Origin: Octopus vulgaris
Taxonomy: Eukaryota
Reading direction: 5' to 3'
Length of the DNA stretch: 64,000 nucleotides
NCBI GenBank assembly: GCA_951406725.2
Contig: OX597821.1
Span: 13,950,001-14,014,000, forward strand
Numbering within the stretch: the stretch's first letter is position 1; each line of letters begins with the position of its first letter. The notes under the pieces are model-generated. The model saw nothing but the letters and a program-made list of their open reading frames with translations, searched no databases and had not been told where the DNA came from. Positions 48,623-61,116 of the stretch are shown here, one piece after another. The translations under genes and the position numbers were made by a program.

Positions 48623-51600
48623 GTGAGTTTTATTTTTTACCGATAAATTATCTCTATTAATCTTCACACTAATATTGCAGTCTATTTACTTAAATTTGCT
48701 CTAGGTATTCTTTAATTATTATAGTCATTAACTGTGTTCTTTTTATTATGAAACATGAATATTTCACTCTTATTTTTACGGTAATATATTCCATGTATCC
48801 ACCACGTTATCCATGCTCATAATTTGATCTTTTAAAAAAATTTACGTTTCCCGTGTTTGTATAGTTATTTCGTGAATAAATCCTAAATTAACATATATTA
48901 TATATTTAGATTTCTTTATTTAAAGCTCAATATCGTGCACCTGCTTCTTCCAGGTTTCTTCATTTACCGTTTTTACTCGAAGACGTTGCAACCTTGGAAT
49001 AATATCTTTCTTTTTACAAACTCCTTTTTTATTCTGAGTTGATTGCTTATTAAATTCATTTGTATATTATGTCCATTTTGTTGCGGGCAATTTTTTTTTT
49101 TAAAAAAAGGGTTAATTGACGTTTATTTTGCACAAATTTTTAATAATGGTCCCGGGGTCCACAAATTATTAACACGGGGTCGTGTTGCTCGATTAAAGGT
49201 GGTGCTCCAGCATGGCCGCAGTCAAATGACTGAAACAAGTAAAAGAGTAAAGAGTAATGGACCCCGGTTGAGAGTACCTGATAATAAAGGGAAGGATTTA
49301 TCTGCAGAATAACCACGAGTTAACATTTAATTAACATTCATAAAAAAAACTGCTGCGGTGTGAATTCCCTCTATTTTTTTTTATTCATTTCAGTCATTGG
49401 ACTGCGGCAATTAGGGTGCACTGTCTTGAAGGGTTTAGTCGAACAAAACGACCCTGGTACTTACTCTACTGGTCACTTTAACTGTACAGCTAAGTTGCGG
49501 GGACATGAACAAACCAACACCGACTTTTAGGAGGCGGTAGACTGCAAATAAATGCATTCTTATATACACGATAGTCTTAGTTTCCGTCGGCCCGGGTCTG
49601 GAACCCGAAACCATGTGGTTGGGGAAATTACTTCGTAGTTATGTCAACGCCTGTACATTGCATTTGGGTTCTACGCACAGGAATTCATATTATCGAGGGG
49701 TTATAAGGGGGATGCTTAAACTAGGATCCGCCAAATTGCTTATAATGCCAGGCGGAATTACGTATTTTCTTTTTAACTTAACAATTCTTGTTATTTTTAT
49801 ATATGTAGTGGCTGTGTGGTAAGTTGCTTGCCTACCAACCACATGGTTCCGGGTTCAGTCCCACTGCGTGGCACCTTGGGCAAGTGTCTTCTGCTATAGC
49901 CCCGGGCCGACCAATGCTTTGTGAGTGGATTTGGTAGATGGAAACTGAAAGAAGCCTGTCGTATATATGTATATATATATATGTGTGTCTGTGTTTGTCC
50001 CCCTAGCATTGCTTGACAACCGATGCTGGTGTGTTTATGTCCCCGTTACTTGGCAGTTCGGCAAAAAGAGACCGATAGAATAAGTACTGGGCTTACAAAA
50101 GAATAAGTCCCGGGGTCGATTTGCTCGACTAAAGGCGGTGCTCCAGCATGGCTGCAGTCAAATGACTGAAACAAGTAAAAGAGTATGTTTCCTTGGACCT
50201 TTGCCAGTACAAAAGCATTTCCATAACTTCGTCTTAACGTCCATCCTTGATTTCGGATTAGCCCTTGTTTATTATGTTGTAATATAAAGCTTTTCGAAGT
50301 CGTATGTTACTCTGGTGGTTGAAATTAATCCTTCGGTATTGGTACACGCTGTCACTCGCCCAAACTACATCTCATACCGACAATCTGTGTAGACCAATAT
50401 TGAAGGATCACTCAAAATTTAGAAATCTCTAGCATATATATAGATACATATATGATCAATGGATACCAGGTAAGTGTGTCCTTTGATTTGAAGGTAGTGC
50501 TCATCTCATATTCTACAGAAAAGTTAGCATGTGTACAGATTGATGCCACAGCAACTTTGTTTCCTCATAGCTTCTTGGGTGCAATCGCATTTTTTTAATG
50601 AAATCTTACAGGGTCACAGTTTTCGCGGGTGTGGAATTGCAGTTATGTTTGCTATTTTGAATTTCAGATTATTAGTTTTCGGTTTTGTTTCCTCCTAACT
50701 CTTTAGAATACGTGTTTTTAAACGGCATTTTTCACAAAAAAAAAAATGAGTGTAACTTAGTAATGTTGCAGGGAAAAAAACGTTTAGAAATTTGTGGAGG
50801 TTGATGTTTATAAAGCGAAGTTATTGAAAAAGAGGCGATTGTTGGTCACTGAGTGAATTTTATTTTAATTATCAAGTGTTAAGTATTTTCTGCTAAAACT
50901 TTGAAAGTTCATTTTTCTGTAGCTATCTGTACACATTACAATTTGGTCATTTGCATGGCATCCACGAACGTATCTTGGTAATACCTTTCGGTAACTGTTA
51001 TCCTCAACTTGCTCTCCACCAAACTATTATACGTGCAGATAGTTTTGTGTTATATCTCTATGAATGAAGATCAAACCTAAAACATTTGTGCTGGACCATA
51101 GTCAGAGCCAGAAAATCCACAATGACTTGAGTGAGCTGAAACAAAGACATTTGAGTACTGCTGTTAACATTTGTTCAACATTTGACTAAGGAGTCCTTGT
51201 AGTTGTTTATTCCTCCTCTGTGAATAAAAGCTGTTAAGACTAGGTAGTATCTGGATTGAACTGCTACTGAAATGGAAGATAAGGCAAGTTTCATTATTGT
51301 GAATGTTTTGTGCAGGTGTTCTGCAAATGCCAATAGAAAATTATGTCTAAAGTGAAAGAGTATTCAAAAGCTTTAATTTTGAACAGGTATTTGCAGGATA
51401 CTCAACTGTACAATATTTCCTATGATGTGGGTTGTCTTTTTCCATCTTGGAAGCTATTTGATCTCCAAGCTCCTTCTGCTAATACAAAAATGGGTTTGCA
51501 ACCTCTAAATCATCTCTGTTGGGTGTAGGTTCAGAACGTCAAAGGCTTTCCCATTCTCCCCGAGCATTATACTAATACATCTGATTGTTCTTTCACCTGT

Positions 51601-51886
51601 TTTCGTCTTTAGTTTTCTGTAAATTTGAACTATATATGTTTGGGCAAATGAATTCTTTGTTAGTTTTAACAACTGTGTACACAAAATCAGAGGGAATGCA
51701 TGTAGGTTGATGAATTTTTACTTGCGCTGTTCTTTCTCTCCGTGATCTGAGATGAAACTTCAATATTGCTGGAATTTCTTAACTAATTGGAAGCAGATTG
51801 ATTGGTATGGTTTTTGAATCTTCAATGTGATTGAACATAATTATTTACTTGTAGTATAATTGTTGTCACTTGTTCAATTCTTGCAG

Positions 51887-51961
51887 ACTAAAGTTAAAGC
51901 TAAAGATCTCCGAGGCAAGAGGAAGGAGGAGTTGTTGACACAAGTCAAGGAACTTAAAAAT
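51887..51961 (+). CDS. RPL35: RPL35 exon 2
   Basis: ttcttgcAG acceptor; TKVKAKDLRGKRKEELLTQVKELKN; GTAAGT donor. Confidence 0.96.
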
Positions 51962-54310
51962 GTAAGTATATATTTGGTAGCTTTTGGAAATTTGCAGAGA
52001 CAGTGGAGTGCCTAATATAAAATAGTTATCTGGATTCATGAGGGCTGCAGGAAATTAGTTTTATTTGACTTTATGCTATTAAACCTTTGAATAAGATTTT
52101 ATTTCTGCTAAATCCTGTTGTGAAAACCATGCAGTTTTAGCTCCCATTATGTCAAGCCAAAGGCTTTCTGCAGTTCCCTCATACTGACAAGTACTCTTTC
52201 AAATTGGCAACACACGAGGCCATCATACAAGGAAAGTTAACAAGTTGGGCTTTTTTTTTTATCATTATTACGCTCAGGCTGTCGTTTATAGTATGGCAGT
52301 TTTACACATGCATACTAAGTTATATGTATAACATTGTTTTTGTTCACTTTTCTATGCTTGCTTGGCTCAGAGAGGGTTGTTGGGGGCAGATTTTCTCTAG
52401 CTAGATGCCCATCCTGTCTCAAACACCTTTTTCCTACTAGGATGATATCTCCTCATGGCCAGACATGTTCCTGTGGAATATTGGAAGTAATGATGTTGCT
52501 TGTATAACACTTGCTCGCATGAATCGCACAATGATGGTAATATCTCCAAGACTATAGTAGCACTCACTTGCCCACTGTGGAGTTGCATGGCTTAGTGATT
52601 AGGGTGTCAGACTCCTGATCATAAGATTATGGTTTCAATCCCTGGACCAGGTGACGTACTGTGTTCTTGAGCAAAACACTTCATTTCACATTGCTTCAGT
52701 CCACTCAGCTGGCAAACAATCTTGCGACAGCCCAGGTGGAAACCAATCCTTATGTGTTGGTGTGACTCGAGAAGGAAGGAAAGGCAACGTGCATGAAGAC
52801 ATCCCAAAACCGTGCTTGGGAAGCAAGCAAATTTTATCCCCTAACATGCTAGAAATATCTCATTTACTCTCATCTAACAGTGCTGTCAGTATTTGAGATT
52901 GTGATAGTTTAAAGAGTGTCATCACTTGTGCCGTAAATGTAAAACTCTGCTGATAAATGCCTCATGACTCAACCAGATGTGTTCTGGGTGATTTCCTAAT
53001 GTAAATAAGTAACTTATGGGCTTCCCAATTCTTTTCAAAACAGTCAATAGATAAGCATTACATTTGACAATTATCTGAAAGATAAACTATTCTGAATTTC
53101 TGCACAATGGTTGATTTACTTGCAGTATGTTCTAAAGTGAGATTTGGTCCTTTGGCTCATCTGAGTTGGCAGTAACCCGAAAAGAAAAGAAAAAAAACTT
53201 GACTAGACCTATGACAGCCTGAGCCATGCTGGCATAGAGAGCAGGCATTTGAATAATGATGATAGCTTTAAAATGTAAAAAAAACTGGTTGCATTTAAAT
53301 CTTACCTATCGGTTTTTGTTTTTCATTGTTATATGTGATTGTAAGGTATAAAAGTACTCTAACTCCTTTTGACACAAAACTTCTTGAGCCTGCCACTAGT
53401 TCTATGATACCAACTTCATGTTTTAACCCTTTAATATTTAAACTGGCCATGTCAGGCTCAAATATTCTGCATGTTGTATATTCAGACTGCTCGTGTACAA
53501 CTTCTCACACTTATCAAATCAAATTCGCAAATTCGATGACTGGCACCTGTGCCAGTGGAGCGCTAAGAGCACCATCCAAGCGTGATTGCTGCTAGAGCAG
53601 CTGACTGGCTTCCGTGCCAGTGGCACGTAAAAAGTACCATTCAAACGTAATCATTGCCAGTGCCGCTGGACAGGCTCTTGTGCAGGTGGCACGTAAAAAA
53701 CACCACTTCAGCATGGCCGTTGCCAGTATTGCCTGACTGGCTCTTATGCCAGTGGCACGCAAAAGCACCCACTACACTCTCGGAGTGGTTGGTGTTAGGA
53801 AGGGCATCCAGCTGTAGAAAAATTGCCAGATCAGATTGGATCCTGGTTCGCCATTCCTCAGTCAAATCGTCCAACCCATGCTAGCATGGAAAGCGGGCGT
53901 TAAACGATGATGATCAGCATCATTGTAAAAATAAATAATCACATCATTGGAACTTCAAAGCTACAAAATAATAAATACATGATTAATTCAAAACAGTATG
54001 AATAAATGAATGTTGCATTTCAGAGTAAATCTGAATGCTAAATTGTTCTAAATTATAACCTTTCATCAAGCATAAAATTAATTTTGGCTCCAAACACTGG
54101 CTTAATATTGACAAAGATATTTTAGTAGATTCTGCATTATTTTCCAAATTGTAACAAAGGCAGTGCATTTCAACAGAAGTATCGTAACAAAAGGGTTCAG
54201 GCTAAGATTTTAAGTCTATTTCTTGCTGATAAGTTATATCATCTCTTTATAGTTTTGTTTTACATGCCTCAGTGTGTGACTGATGTTGAAATTGCACTGT
54301 AATTTTACAG

Positions 54311-54372
54311 GAACTTGCTCACCTCAGAGTTGCCAAAGTGACCGGTGGACAAGCTTCAAAGTTATCCAAGAT
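54311..54372 (+). CDS. RPL35: RPL35 exon 3
   Basis: ttttacAG acceptor; ELAHLRVAKVTGGQASKLSK plus AT; GTAAGT donor. Confidence 0.97.
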
Positions 54373-57195
54373 GTAAGTATGCTAGAATTTGTTGGTACTA
54401 TAATTCTTTTTTCTTTTCTTTCCTAAGACAGTGAGAGGCTGGCAGAATTGTTAGCATGCCATGCAAAATGCTTAGTGGCATTTCGCCTATCTTTATGTTC
54501 TGAGTTCGAATTCTGCTGAGGTTGACTTTGCCTTTTATTCTTTCAGTTAATAAAATAAATACCGGTTAAGCACTGCGGTCAATGTAATCAACTTACTTGT
54601 CCCCCCTCCCTCCAACTTGCTGATCTCGTACCAAAAATTTGAGACCAATATTTTATTGTTTTGACTTTAAATTTGTAATTAATCTATGCTCTCCAGTACA
54701 TAGAGAAAATATTGTGAGATCTTATGCAGCAAGTTTTTTTCAGATAACGGTGGGCGTCTGGGAATTGTTGAAATGTTTTAGTTATTTGATGTAGATGTAC
54801 CTAAGAATTTTTAAAGATACAGAAACTTAGCACCAGATTAAGCTGTTTCCTTTTTCAAATGAATTAGTTTTTATCAGAGAGAATGGGGTGAACAGTCTTT
54901 AATTAACATCTCCCTTCAACTTGTGTAACTCAATTATCACATTCAATAGACGACAAATTTGGAATTAAAACGAATAAACAAAAGTTTATTGTCTTGCTTC
55001 TGCTTTTCATTTGTGCTTCATAATTAAGAGAACCAAATTCCTTTTTCTCAAATCAAATACATCATCATCATCGTTTAGCATCCGCTTTCCATGCTAGCAT
55101 GGGTTGGACGGTTCAACTGGGGCCTGTGAAGCCAGGAGGCTGCATCAGGCCCAGTCTGATCTGGCAGTGTTTCTACGGCTGGATGCCCTCCCTAACGCCA
55201 ACCACTCCATGAGTGTAGTGGGTGCTTTTTACGTGCCACCCGCACAGGTACCAGACGGAGCTAGCAAACGGATGGTGCTTTTACATGCTACCGGCACGAT
55301 GGCCAGGCGGGGCGGCGCTAAATGGAAATGGTTTAGTGACAAAGATAACCTACATGAGATGTATAATTACAACTGTCTCCAATTTCAGTCCATATACACA
55401 ATGACAACCCACCTAGAAAACATGTGATGCAGTCAAATTTCTAGAATCATCTGAGTGAAAATATTGCTGCTGCAGTAGCCATGCAGCTTTAACTGGTTAT
55501 GAGACGAAGTTGCTTACTGGTGGTTGTCAGGATTAGCATCAGTCTAGATTTTCATAGGTTTTGGTTGTGTCTGTTGAATTTATTTCACAATATACCCATG
55601 ATGGTCAGTTGTGGAATTAGTTGTGAAACATTTTACCTGGTTAAATATACATCTTATGCTAGGTTTATTCTCATTAAAATTGTATGATTCATCATCGTTT
55701 AGCGTCCGCTTTCCATGCTGGCATGGGTTGGACGGTGCAACTGGAGTCTGGGAAGCCAGAAGGCTGCACCAGGCCCAGTCTGATCTGACAATGTTTCTAC
55801 GGCTGGATGCCCTTCCTAACGCCAACCACTCCATGAGTGTAGTGGGTGCTTTTTATGTGCCACCTGCACAGGTGCCAGACAAGTCTGGCAAACGGCCACG
55901 GTCGGATGGTGCTTTTTACGTGCCACCAGTTATATTTAAAAAGTTTTTCTTTAATTTCTTTATTGATCCTACTATTAGCTTTTAAATTTAGTACAAAGTA
56001 TCAGTTTGGCCTCAATTGCTCCATTTATTGGCATAAATTTCATTTTTACTTACCTCGGAAGTACACATATCTGCATCGTTTTTTATATTTATTTTTTCTT
56101 AAACTAGCATGGGATAGAGAAAAATTTACTGAGACAATTTTCTACGGCTGGATGCTCTTCCTGTTGCTAAACCATACCTGTCTCCTTAGCTACGGAACAT
56201 ATTTATTGGCAATGTAAATATAATGCCACAGTTTTGCTCAAACTCCTGCTAAAAGTTAGGCCATGAACACCTACACAACAAGCATTCCCTGCCAGTTTCA
56301 CTTGGAAAGCATTAGTCAACCCAATGATTTAGTCAAAGAAATTTGCCCAAAAGTTTTTCTCTTGTTTCTTGACTGAAAAGGGGGTGTTTTTATGTGGATT
56401 GCTGAAAAGTCTAAGACAGGAAAAGGTTTATTGTTGTGAAGAAAATTCAGTACTAAACTATATTATGTGTAGGTTATACCTGAAGAAATAGAGATGGTTG
56501 TAATAAGAAGTGTCCCCTCAGGGTAGTGTGTTCAAGACGATGATGTGGAGATGGAAAGGTTAGGAATAGTGGATAATAGTTGCAAGGGTATGATAGGGGT
56601 GGGGTTAGATAAGTAATGCTAGAAAATGTTCAGGGGGATGAATGTAGTGAATGAGAGAAGGCTCTCAATGGGAAGTGGCACAGGGGAGAGACTTTAATTG
56701 GTTAGCAGTGCAAAATGGGGGCGATGGTATGATATACTGTAATGGCTCATGATTTCATGAATTTACAATGGCAAAATAATATAGTGAATAGAAAATAAAA
56801 ATCATTGTGGAGTTTATTCTCAGTTTCTTTTGAAACAAAACAATGTTCCTCATACTGCTTATTGTAACCGAAAGCTACTTTCCAGCAAATGTTCCAACTT
56901 TTTATATGTCAGTGTAAATTTCCTTAGTAATAAAATATGTAAAAGAACCCATGCTAGCATGGAAAGCGGACGTGAAATGATGAATGAAATTAAGTTTAAA
57001 TGGGTAAGATCACAAAATATCCCTTGATATTTTGTCAATGTGAATTTTTCTTGGATGGGTTGCATCATATCAAAACACAGCAAGTTTTTTGATGACAAGG
57101 GAATTAGTATCATGGTTTTGTTATAAATGAATTAATGGCTGTCATTATTTGATTTGGTTGAGTCACTTTAAAATGTTCTTTTTGTTTTCTTATAG

Positions 57196-57427
57196 CCGTG
57201 TTGTTCGTAAATCTATTGCCCGAGTATTGACAGTCATCAACCAGACCCAGAAAGAGAATTTGCGTAAATTTTACCGTAACAAGAAATTTAAGCCTAAAGA
57301 TCTGCGTCCCAAAAAGACTCGTGCCATGCGGCGGGAGTTGACAAAGAAAGAGAAATCTTTGATGACACACAGGCAGGCTAAGAAGCGTATGTTGTGGAAA
57401 ATCAGAAAGTTTGCTGTTAAAGCATAA
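57196..57427 (+). CDS. RPL35: RPL35 exon 4 with stop
   Basis: ttcttatAG acceptor; (I)[46 protein letters not shown]...RKFAVKA-TAA. Confidence 0.98.
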
Positions 57428-57445
57428 GTTTGTTTCATAGCCACA

Positions 57446-57451
57446 AATAAA
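57446..57451 (+). terminator. RPL35: RPL35 polyadenylation signal
   Basis: AATAAA 18 nt after the stop, followed by a GT/T-rich element at about 57471-57492. Confidence 0.85.
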
Positions 57452-58086
57452 TGTTTAAATAAGAAGTACAGTGTCCGTTTTTATTTGTGTGTAGCTGTTT
57501 GGGTTTATATAATTATAATAATTTTAGTTTTGATCAGAGAGGAAAGTATTGTGTCTGTGTGTGTGTGTGACCCTTAAAGTTTCTGAGTCTGGCAAAAGAA
57601 ACTGGAGACTTGGTTCAACTGCTTGCAACAGTGGACTCGGCTGAAGGCACCTCAACTGCAAGGTGTCATTGTCATCAAATCAGATGGCAAATTCAAGCCT
57701 AACATTGAAGTGGCCATGGTAGATTTTTTTATCTCAGAACTCAAAAGGTTGGAATAGATACCATTAAATAGGCTGTCTTGACATTCATAATGATTCCTCA
57801 CATCAAACCATTCTGGTTGGTACTTTTTCATCAAAGGATGAAAAGCAAAGTTACACTGAGCACAGAACTAATACCACCAAACATCTCTATTTGGTATTCA
57901 AATGGCTGCCAGTTCAACGCCTGTATTAAATTTTGATTGGTTTAACCCTCTTGTTACTAAACCGGCTCTGTGGTAAAATGTTTTGTTTTCATAAGTTTTG
58001 AATTAAAATGTTCCTCCAAGCCTTAGTCACAATTTACGTTCTTAACTAAATGATAACTAAGTTATTTTACTAAATTCTTTGTTATA

Positions 58087-58465
58087 TCTTTATATATAAA
58101 AGAGAGGTTGTGTGTCTGTCTCCTACGATTTAGATTCCTAACTAATCCCACATTTTGCGGTGCAGTTTAACCAAAACCGAGTATCTCATAGTCGTGATTC
58201 ATATTGAGCCCTTCTGGGTATTAGCATGAGTCTACGATTTAAAAAAGAATTTACCATCAATTTTTCCCATTTTTAATGTATTTTTGGCATATATAAGGGA
58301 AGTAACTCTCTAAAAATTTATTTTTAAATCTCAGAACGTAAAAAGCTACAGTAACACCCCCCCCCCTTTGTGGTTAGCCATATTGAGATGGCTATTCTTT
58401 ACATCTCTAAAAATGCTTATATAGTTATTTCCCTTACAAACCTGAGCAACGCCGGGCGATGCTAG
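58087..58465 (+). mobile_element. Helitron-type element with a different 5' half, inserted in a TTAA MITE (57946-58522)
   Basis: A|TC...CTAG|T junctions; last ~60 nt shared with the other two Helitrons; flanks rejoin to MITE sequence ctttgttata|tttaaa. Confidence 0.83.
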
Positions 58466-60071
58466 TTTAAATTAATTGAAAGAAACACAGAGCATCTCAA
58501 AATAGATACAGTAACGAAAGGGTTAATATAGTGAAAATGGTTTTCTTAACATTGCATTCCGAGAACAGCTTCAATTGAATGTGTAAGGGATCTCAAAACG
58601 ATTATCCACTTTCCTGTTTCCAGCTGTAAACATGTACCAATCATGGTGAAAGGAACTTAGATACCAATCTACACTCCTGAGTGAGTGACAGCTAGTTGTA
58701 AAATACTTGGAACATTGTCATTAGGTTGTCGTGTATGACTGCAGTTTTGAGAGCATTCTTTTCACTTAATCTGAAACCTGTAAAATGAAGGGGTAGCCTC
58801 AGACTTGGCTCTATGTGATGACTAAGCATCTCGTGGCATGTGCACAAGGCCAGAGTTATTCACACATTCTACCCATTACTATTACTGCTCAATGCAAAGT
58901 AGGCTTTGTTGGCCACTTAACCCTTTCGTTACTGTATTTATTTTGAGATGCTCTGTGTTTCTTTCAATTACTTTAAATATAACAAAGAATTTAGTAAAAT
59001 AAGTTAATTATCATTCAGCTGGTGTTAAGAACATAAACTGTGAATAAGGTTTGGTGGAAAATTTTAATTCAAAACTTATGAAAACAAGACATTTGTACTC
59101 AAAGCCAGAGCCTGGTTGGTAATGAAAGGGTTAATGTACTGGAACAACAGGCCTTATCACAGAAAACAACTATTCTACATGTTATTTGGAGGTGTACAAT
59201 ATGAAGAAATTGCTAATGAAAGATAGTTACTGGTACAAAATTGTGAGATGTTGCACTGGTAGTTGGTTGTGCAGGGCCTGGCATGTGTCTTCCTATCTGT
59301 ATCATTACTCCCAAAGGACTATTGTGCATTCTTAGTGTGACAACAATATGGTCAGACTACTGTATGCTTGCAGACACAGGTGATCTCAGCAGTAGTTATT
59401 CTTCAACACTTATCAAAGTTGGTGGTGTGCATCTCAGCACAAGGCGGCGAGCTGGCAGAAACGTTAGCACGCTGGGCGAAATGCGTAGCCGTATTTCATT
59501 TGCCGTTCTGGGTTCAAATTCCGCCGAGGTCGACTTTGCCTTTCATCCTTTAGGGGTCGATAAATTAAGTACCAGTTACACACTGGGATCGACTTAATCC
59601 ATTTGTTTGTCATCTCTGTGTGTAGCCCCTTGTGGGCAGTAAAGAAATAGGTGTGCATCTCAGCACTGCTTGAGGTGATTTCTCTCTTTTGGCTTTTTTT
59701 TTTTTTTTTTGTTGTGGGTGTGGCGTATTTTATTCTATTGTATAAGTAATATCTATAATAATAAATGCGAAATTCTTTGTATCTTAGTCTACATAGACAT
59801 CTCTTTTTGGAAACAGGATGATCCAGAGATTGAAAATCAGCCCTTTATTTGGTTCTTGAACATTCAGCATTGGGATCAGGTCTGGATGGGGATTTGTTAT
59901 ATGCATACAGTTGAAAATTCAACTTTTAAAAGAACTTCAAATTTGTTCGTTTACTCTGAATTTAAAGTAATATATACCATATACAAAGAGAGAAGAGCAA
60001 AGACTGGTAACGACTCAAAGAACCATGGAAAGGTCAATGCTTTGTATCTTAGTCTACATAGACATCTCTTT

Positions 60072-60292
60072 TTGGACGCACGCAGTTGTCGAGTGGTACC
60101 CACGTGTGTGGAAAAGACCTCCACGACGGTGGAGTTACGATTTCAGGAGGGCGATTGGGATCACGTGGATGAGAAAGGCGCGATCCAGAGAGGAGTGGAC
60201 AGCGGTGTCAAATAGATGCCTGATGGACTGGTCGGTCATGGTCAGGGTGATATACCATATTGGTAGGGTACTAATAAATGTTTTATTATTAT
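60072..60292 (+). mobile_element. 5'-truncated RTE-like LINE fragment (second family)
   Basis: Reads WTHAVVEWYPRVWKRPPRRWSYDFRRAIGITWMRKARSREEW, typical of the RTE ORF2 C-terminal RP..RW / W...A..R..W region. Confidence 0.7.
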
Positions 60293-60892
60293 TTCTCTCT
60301 TTAGTTGTGGGCTGCAAGGCCCAATTAGCCCTTTGCAAGAGCTAGCTTAAAAGTCTGCATAGTCTGGCATTCATAACTGTAGAAAGATCAGTTTGTCTGA
60401 GATGAATCTATTGTATAGTATAGTTTGTTGACCAAATTTTGTACTTACAATAAAGCTATGCCTACTTGATTTATGCAGGGCATTTGTGTGCTATGCCAAC
60501 ACTAACTTTGACAAAGAGCCAAAGTCTTGTAGACGAAAGTGATGGATCCTTGTGGTACATGAACAGAGGACAGCAAATTTTGAAATGTTTGTGTACACTG
60601 CATATCCTTGCTAGTCAGTATTCTGTGTTGTTTCCTAAGTTGAGGTTGAAAATTTTTGATGTGTTTGGATAACAGGTTGATGGAGCCAAATGCTTTTCTG
60701 ATATATCAGTGTTGACTGGAATGGTACATCATTATTTTAACGTTTCCTTTTCCATAGTTGCATGGATTAGTTAGAATTTCTTGAGGCTGATTTTCACTGT
60801 CAGACACCCTTCCTATCAACTAACCCTCACCTGCTTCCAAGTCAGATAATATTTCCCCAAGGCCAGATGTTTTTACTAAAGATTAAGTTAAA

Positions 60893-61116
60893 AGTAAAGG
60901 TTACCTTCTCGAGTCATGCTGACTCATAAGGGCCGGTTTCCATGGCATAAATTCCCACCTGGATAAGAGACTAATCCATCACAGGATTACTCACTTTTGC
61001 CAGCTGAGTGGACTGGAGCAATGTAAAATGAAGTGTTTTGCTCAAAAACAATGCATCACCTGGTCGAGGAATCAAAACCACAATCGTACAACATTAACAC
61101 TTAGCCACGCACCTCC
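60893..61116 (-). mobile_element. Older CORE-like tRNA SINE family D; representative copy
   Basis: Shares TTGAGCAAAACACTTCATTT.ACATTGCTCCAGTCCACTCAGCTG with copies at about 2603-2790(+), 25346-25913(-) and 52578-52720(+). Confidence 0.7.

Noticed and set aside
51707-51762. Possible C/D-box snoRNA in RPL35 intron 1 (TGATGA...CTGA)
   Set aside because: Only ~50 nt between boxes, no terminal stem and no rRNA complement that I can recognise; a snoscan run would settle it.
59709-60215. 168-aa ORF
   Set aside because: Non-ATG start, spans a duplication and an out-of-frame LINE fragment, no recognisable domain.
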